A stretch of DNA of 31,742 nucleotides, from contig JAEOSK010000027.1 of the NCBI GenBank assembly GCA_016840405.1, positions 1 to 31,742 of the forward strand, given 5' to 3'. Under the pieces are notes generated by a model, which saw nothing but the letters and a program-made list of their open reading frames with translations, searched no databases and was not told the DNA's origin. Origin of the DNA: Candidatus Hermodarchaeum yapensis. GTDB lineage: Archaea; Asgardarchaeota; Hermodarchaeia; Hermodarchaeales; Hermodarchaeaceae. Positions 27,476-31,742 of the stretch are shown piece after piece. Made by a program: the position numbers and the translations under genes. Positions within the stretch are counted from its first letter, which is position 1, and every line of letters starts with the position of its first letter.

Positions 27476-27629
27476 GGTATTGTTCTAGTTGAATTACCTT
27501 TTGGCACGGTCAAAAATGGCGACGAAAATCAAATTGGAGCCCTTTCAGTACTGTCGAGTATTCACAGCATCATTATTCCGTAAAGATTTAAGGTCATTTT
27601 CGAATATCTCTACTTTGGGAGGTTTTCCA

Positions 27630-28118
27630 ATGGTGAAAGTTCTCGTTGCATATGATACGAAATATGGAAACACGCAACGTGTTGCTGAATTAATTGCGGA
27701 CGGACTGAAAGCTGCGGGTGCCGAAGCAGTTGTTGAAAACATGAAAAAAGTCAAGGTTGACGAAGCAGCAGGCTTTGATGCGATTCTGATGGGCTCACCC
27801 AATCACATGGGTCGCCCGACCCGTACGTTCAAAAAATTCGTGGGTAAACTCCAAAAAACCAATTTGAAGGATAAGGCTCTCGCCGCCTTTGATACCTACG
27901 TTGGGAAAAAGGATGAACAAGAGATAATTCACCCGGGAGGCGGCGAATTCCAGAAGGCTCTTCGAAGAATGGAGGAACAGCTGAAAGCAAAATTCCCCAA
28001 CCTCAAACTCATAACACCGGGATTATCAATTGCAGTCGGTGGAATGAAAGGACCTATTCTCGATGCGGATTTACCAACCTGTAAAGAATTTGGACTAAAA
28101 ATCGCAGCCCAACTCTGA
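27630..28118 (+). CDS. Flavodoxin-like protein
   Basis: YDTKYGNT FMN phosphate loop, GSPNHMG, AAFDTY, CKEFG; GGAGG upstream of ATG 27630. Confidence 0.88.
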   Translation: MVKVLVAYDTKYGNTQRVAELIADGLKAAGAEAVVENMKKVKVDEAAGFDAILMGSPNHMGRPTRTFKKFVGKLQKTNLKDKALAAFDTYVGKKDEQEIIHPGGGEFQKALRRMEEQLKAKFPNLKLITPGLSIAVGGMKGPILDADLPTCKEFGLKIAAQL

Positions 28119-28127
28119 TACAACATT

Positions 28128-28165
28128 AAAAAAGAGGAGGGAAGGGTGGGTTGCATCCCACCCTT
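28128..28165 (-). terminator. Hairpin plus pyrimidine/U tract between convergent genes
   Basis: AAGGGTGGG/CCCACCCTT 9-bp stem at 28142-28165, followed on the minus strand by CCCTCCTC and T6. Confidence 0.62.
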
Positions 28166-28180
28166 TAAGAGATTAGTTAT

Positions 28181-30793
28181 TTAGACGACTACGTAGTCAG
28201 CCATATAAGAGATTGAAAAGAGGCTGTCATGGATCCAGATTACTGCTAGACCATGTTTACACCGCGGGAGTCGTACGAAGGTGAGACAACTATCAAGGGC
28301 AAATATTTCAGATTCCCACAAAGGATTACCTAGATCAGCGAAATAGATTATCCGCAGCGTGTATTTCTCTTTCTTACCCCAATAGACCTGATAGCCATCA
28401 ACCAGGATAGTATAATCTCCCGGTCCTGAAATGCTTGTAACCTCAGGAGATGCACCAGATGCTCCTTCAACGTTAACCCCGCCAGGTCCAATGATGACCA
28501 GGTCCAAGTCGCTAGTAGCCCACTTTGTCCAATCAAGTTTCCAGGAGAGCTCAACGAAGGCAAATCCAGTCTCATCAGGAATGGTGAAACTATAAACGTC
28601 TAATTCGCCTTCCCTGATCTTTCCTTTATGTTTCTCAATAGTCCCATCATAGATTGAAACCTGGGCTTGATCAACATCGACACCTTTATTCCATATACCC
28701 AGCCATCGACCCCACTTACACGCCTCTACTTCAACAAGTTCGATAGTCACTTCTTCGATAGTTAAAGGTGCATAAGATGAGAAGTCTCCAGCGAGTACTA
28801 GACGGATTAACCCTGGTCCTATAGCTGCATTGGCCGAAACCTGTACAGCACCATCTCCGAAGAAATAGATATAGGGTATATGGTATTCGGGCGCCCCGTC
28901 TCTACCAGTTGTGCTAAGATAAAGTACGCCTGCATCACCAAAGACTGGATTTTGTTCGTCCGGAGGCGCGAATTCAACACCTGAAAGGGTGATTCGAATT
29001 GCATCGATTTGACTACCCACCCAGAAGGCAAAGTACTCATACAGACCGGGTTCGAGGGTAACATCGTTGATGACGGCTTTCCCATCCCTTACGCGCAGGG
29101 TTTCAATGGGTGGGATCCACCACTTACCAATATGGTGACCCCAGTTCCACTTGCATCTACAATGACATTCTGATTCCATATCTTTGATAAGCTCTAAGGA
29201 GTTGACACAGTTGATATAGCCAGCGCCCTGTTCCATGGCACTGTATCCATCGATTGGCACAGCGCCTTCCATGATAGCCTTCTTGATTTCTTTGGGTCCG
29301 AGGTCTAAGCCATTGTTTTTAATGTAAGCTGTTAGTAGTGCAGCCTCTGCTGCGACTTGTGGACAGGAGAATGATGTTCCACCGCCCAGATGTATTGTAT
29401 ATGGCCATTCTTGGGGAGTAGCCTCGAAGAATACCCATGAACCGGTGGCGACTACATCGGGCTTAATACGACCATCGGATGTGGGTCCACGACTGCTGAA
29501 ATCAACAATTGTAAAGTCCTCAGACGGATAGTAAAACTGACCAATGTATGGATCCCCAAAGTATGGAATCCCAATGGCAATTCCTCCAAACACTCGTTCA
29601 TGAATTGGATCAGCTGCAGCACCTACGGTGATTGCGGTTTTAGCTGTTCCAGGTGAGCCCACACGAAGTGGAGCAGGACCTTCGTTACCTGCGGCCACCA
29701 CAACGGTGATACCTAACGAAGTGGCGGCATCTACGAGCAAGTCTGTTGGGTCACTACCTGGTGCTCCGACTACACCACCAAGACTCATGCTGATGACATC
29801 AACACCTTCCGCAATGGCTAGATCAAGGCCCTGCATTACCATTGATGAAGGTACTCCACCGCCTGTATGGTCAAAAACCTTGACTGCATAAATTGAGGCT
29901 TCTGGGGCTATTCCAAGACAGACACAGTGAATGCCATCTGCGTCAACCCACGTTCCTTCAGGATCAAATGCAGCAATTGATTCACCCCAAGCATGCCCTG
30001 GACTGAAGGTGATTAGTACAGCTGCCGCTATGAGGTCTGCACAGGCTGTTCCGTGATAGTGGTTCATTGGGTTACCATAACCTTCGTAAGGTGTGCCGAC
30101 ATCGAAGCTGATATCAACTCCACCGTAGACCGCATCCCAATACCAGGGATACCATTCGATACTATAGTCTGGATCTACCCATGGTCCAACCCAACAGCCG
30201 GTGTCAATAATGGCAACACTGGCTCCCATTCCGGCTCCAGTTTCAGCCCAAATTAGATCCGCCATGGTGTACCAATTATTAGTATATGTTGAGGGAATCG
30301 AGGCAAGATTTTCGAGAGTGATTGGTTCGACTGTAAGGCCCGAGTCTGATGTTGAAAGCAAGTCGAGAGAGGAAAATGAGCTTTTTGATGCTTGAAGATA
30401 TTGCATTGTATCTTGGTATATTGTGACAACCAGCGGGCTGGCTGCTAGTTCAAGTAGCATATTGGCGGGAATGGCGACGGCAATAGCATTAGTATGAGTA
30501 TATTCAATTGTTACAGTACCACCTAACTCCTCAATGAGTGCGGAGATTTGACTGTAGGCATTGGTCGTCGTTGCAACAATGACATTCACTGGAGTTGATC
30601 CCTGTGTTAGTAGACTTGGTACTCCATAGCCCAATTTATCAGCGGGGGTCGGTGTGGTAACGGGGGTGATTGGAATTTCAGTAGTCATTTGGGTAAATGA
30701 AAAAGTCATTGGAAGCAGCCACAAGGTTAACAGCGACAGAAAAACAATAGCTTTCAAGTTAGAATTACTTCGAATTAGTCCAATTTTGTACAT
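28181..30793 (-). CDS. Secreted subtilisin-like S8 serine protease with propeptide and C-terminal beta domains
   Basis: Signal peptide; IIDTG (Asp), HYHGT (His), AAGNEG (oxyanion Asn), GTSFSCP (Ser), FSSRGP, KPDV; PPC-like SDLDL region. Confidence 0.93.
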   Translation of the reverse strand: MYKIGLIRSNSNLKAIVFLSLLTLWLLPMTFSFTQMTTEIPITPVTTPTPADKLGYGVPSLLTQGSTPVNVIVATTTNAYSQISALIEELGGTVTIEYTHTNAIAVAIPANMLLELAASPLVVTIYQDTMQYLQASKSSFSSLDLLSTSDSGLTVEPITLENLASIPSTYTNNWYTMADLIWAETGAGMGASVAIIDTGCWVGPWVDPDYSIEWYPWYWDAVYGGVDISFDVGTPYEGYGNPMNHYHGTACADLIAAAVLITFSPGHAWGESIAAFDPEGTWVDADGIHCVCLGIAPEASIYAVKVFDHTGGGVPSSMVMQGLDLAIAEGVDVISMSLGGVVGAPGSDPTDLLVDAATSLGITVVVAAGNEGPAPLRVGSPGTAKTAITVGAAADPIHERVFGGIAIGIPYFGDPYIGQFYYPSEDFTIVDFSSRGPTSDGRIKPDVVATGSWVFFEATPQEWPYTIHLGGGTSFSCPQVAAEAALLTAYIKNNGLDLGPKEIKKAIMEGAVPIDGYSAMEQGAGYINCVNSLELIKDMESECHCRCKWNWGHHIGKWWIPPIETLRVRDGKAVINDVTLEPGLYEYFAFWVGSQIDAIRITLSGVEFAPPDEQNPVFGDAGVLYLSTTGRDGAPEYHIPYIYFFGDGAVQVSANAAIGPGLIRLVLAGDFSSYAPLTIEEVTIELVEVEACKWGRWLGIWNKGVDVDQAQVSIYDGTIEKHKGKIREGELDVYSFTIPDETGFAFVELSWKLDWTKWATSDLDLVIIGPGGVNVEGASGASPEVTSISGPGDYTILVDGYQVYWGKKEKYTLRIIYFADLGNPLWESEIFALDSCLTFVRLPRCKHGLAVIWIHDSLFSISYMADYVVV

Positions 30794-30973
30794 TTCTAGT
30801 TAACACTCCAATATTTTCCTAATCGGGATCAGATAGAGGAAAATGACTAGAACCCCAAGGTACAACCCAACTACTACGAGCCTGTACCTATTACCCGAAA
30901 TGTCTCTTTCTTCGACTTCATTGCGGGTTAGCCACTGAACGAACCTTTCCGACTGTCCCTATTAGGATTCGTC
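30794..30973 (-). promoter_or_regulatory. Multi-hairpin structured 5' leader of the S8 protease gene
   Basis: Four consecutive stems, the last abutting the ATG; TATA-like TATTAAAG near 30992-30999 on the minus strand. Confidence 0.5.
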
Positions 30974-31144
30974 TTACCTTCCCTTTGATGTCTTTAATAT
31001 TCGTTTCGTGTTCCAGAACCAGTAATTAGGGCATTTAGGTGATGATATACTTGAAAAAGAAGGAGTATACAAAAATCGCTAATCGTATATTCTTTCATAA
31101 TGAAGCTGGATAAAAAGTTTAAAAATTGAGATCTGAAGGCGTTT

Positions 31145-31742
31145 TCAGACCTCAACTTTTAATCCGAGTTCACGGACGAGTTCCTTGTACCGGTTTCGTA
31201 CTGTGACTTCAGTGACTCGGCTAATTTCGGCAATTTCGCGTTGGGTTCGGCGTTCGCCTTCTTGGATGGAGGCGATGTAGAGGCTAGCCGCTGCAAGACC
31301 CGTGGGGTCTTTACCAGCAGTGATACCTTTGGAACGAGCTGAATCAACGATTTCGGCGGCGGTATGTTGGACGTCACCACTAAGTTCGAGGGCTTGGGCA
31401 AAGCGTGGAATGAAGTCAGTGGGTGACGCAATTGGAATGCGAACTTCGAGTTCGCGAAGGAGAAGCCGATAGCATCGTCCCAGTTCCTTTCGGCTGATGC
31501 GGCTGTGGTGAGCGATTTCATCGAGGGTTCGGGGGACTTGCCGTAGGCGGCACGCGGCGTAGACGCAGGAGGCAATCATGGCTTCAATACTACGACCACG
31601 AATGAGGTGGTGTTCAATAGCCCGACGATAGAGGATAGCTGCAGCTTCTTTAACTGGACGTGGAACACCCAGTTGGCTGGTCAATCGATCAAGTTCACTC
31701 ATTGCATAAGCTAAGTTGCGGTCAATACTAGAATGAACTCGA
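31145..31742 (-). CDS. tfb: Transcription initiation factor IIB (5' part outside window)
   Basis: Cyclin repeats LIRGRSIE, VPRTLDEI, GKDPTGLAAA, TQREIA, VTEVTVRNRYKEL; frame is open to the window edge. Confidence 0.97.
   Translation of the reverse strand, partial: RVHSSIDRNLAYAMSELDRLTSQLGVPRPVKEAAAILYRRAIEHHLIRGRSIEAMIASCVYAACRLRQVPRTLDEIAHHSRISRKELGRCYRLLLRELEVRIPIASPTDFIPRFAQALELSGDVQHTAAEIVDSARSKGITAGKDPTGLAAASLYIASIQEGERRTQREIAEISRVTEVTVRNRYKELVRELGLKVEV

Noticed and set aside
30920-30975. c-di-AMP (ydaO) riboswitch, suggested by GAATCC, TAGGG and GCTAACC words
   Set aside because: The GGGAAC and CCCGAACCCGTCA core segments and the two-fold architecture are absent.
384-31575. The many short ORFs nested in or antisense to long genes
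   Set aside because: Shadow frames with no recognisable motifs.

Overview
Gene-dense window from an archaeal chromosome, most likely an Asgard archaeon. The archaeal call rests on TopoVI A/B, TFB, RpoP, aIF1 and Sec11; the Asgard call is an inference from a Get3-type ATPase and a longin-domain protein coupled to a Rab-like GTPase. The left half is housekeeping: sec11, top6B, top6A, larA-family, M50 protease, Ard1-type acetyltransferase, AMP phosphorylase, CaCA exchanger, get3, rpoP and sui1. The centre holds a frameshifted, non-autonomous IS607-like tnpB element directly upstream of a tRNA-His(GUG) gene. That tRNA becomes recognisable only after removing three bulge-helix-bulge introns (8/9, 15/16, 37/38). 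It has a eukaryote-like A73 and no encoded G-1, and sits 47 nt upstream of a HisRS with an altered motif-2 loop. The right half holds a probable cobalamin ECF uptake cluster, the longin/Rab pair, glycerol-3-phosphate dehydrogenase, two tandem Fe-S paralogues, a GNAT, an acyl-CoA ligase, a flavodoxin, an S8 protease with a long structured leader and the 3' part of tfb. All calls come from motif recognition by eye; no searches or folding programs were run.
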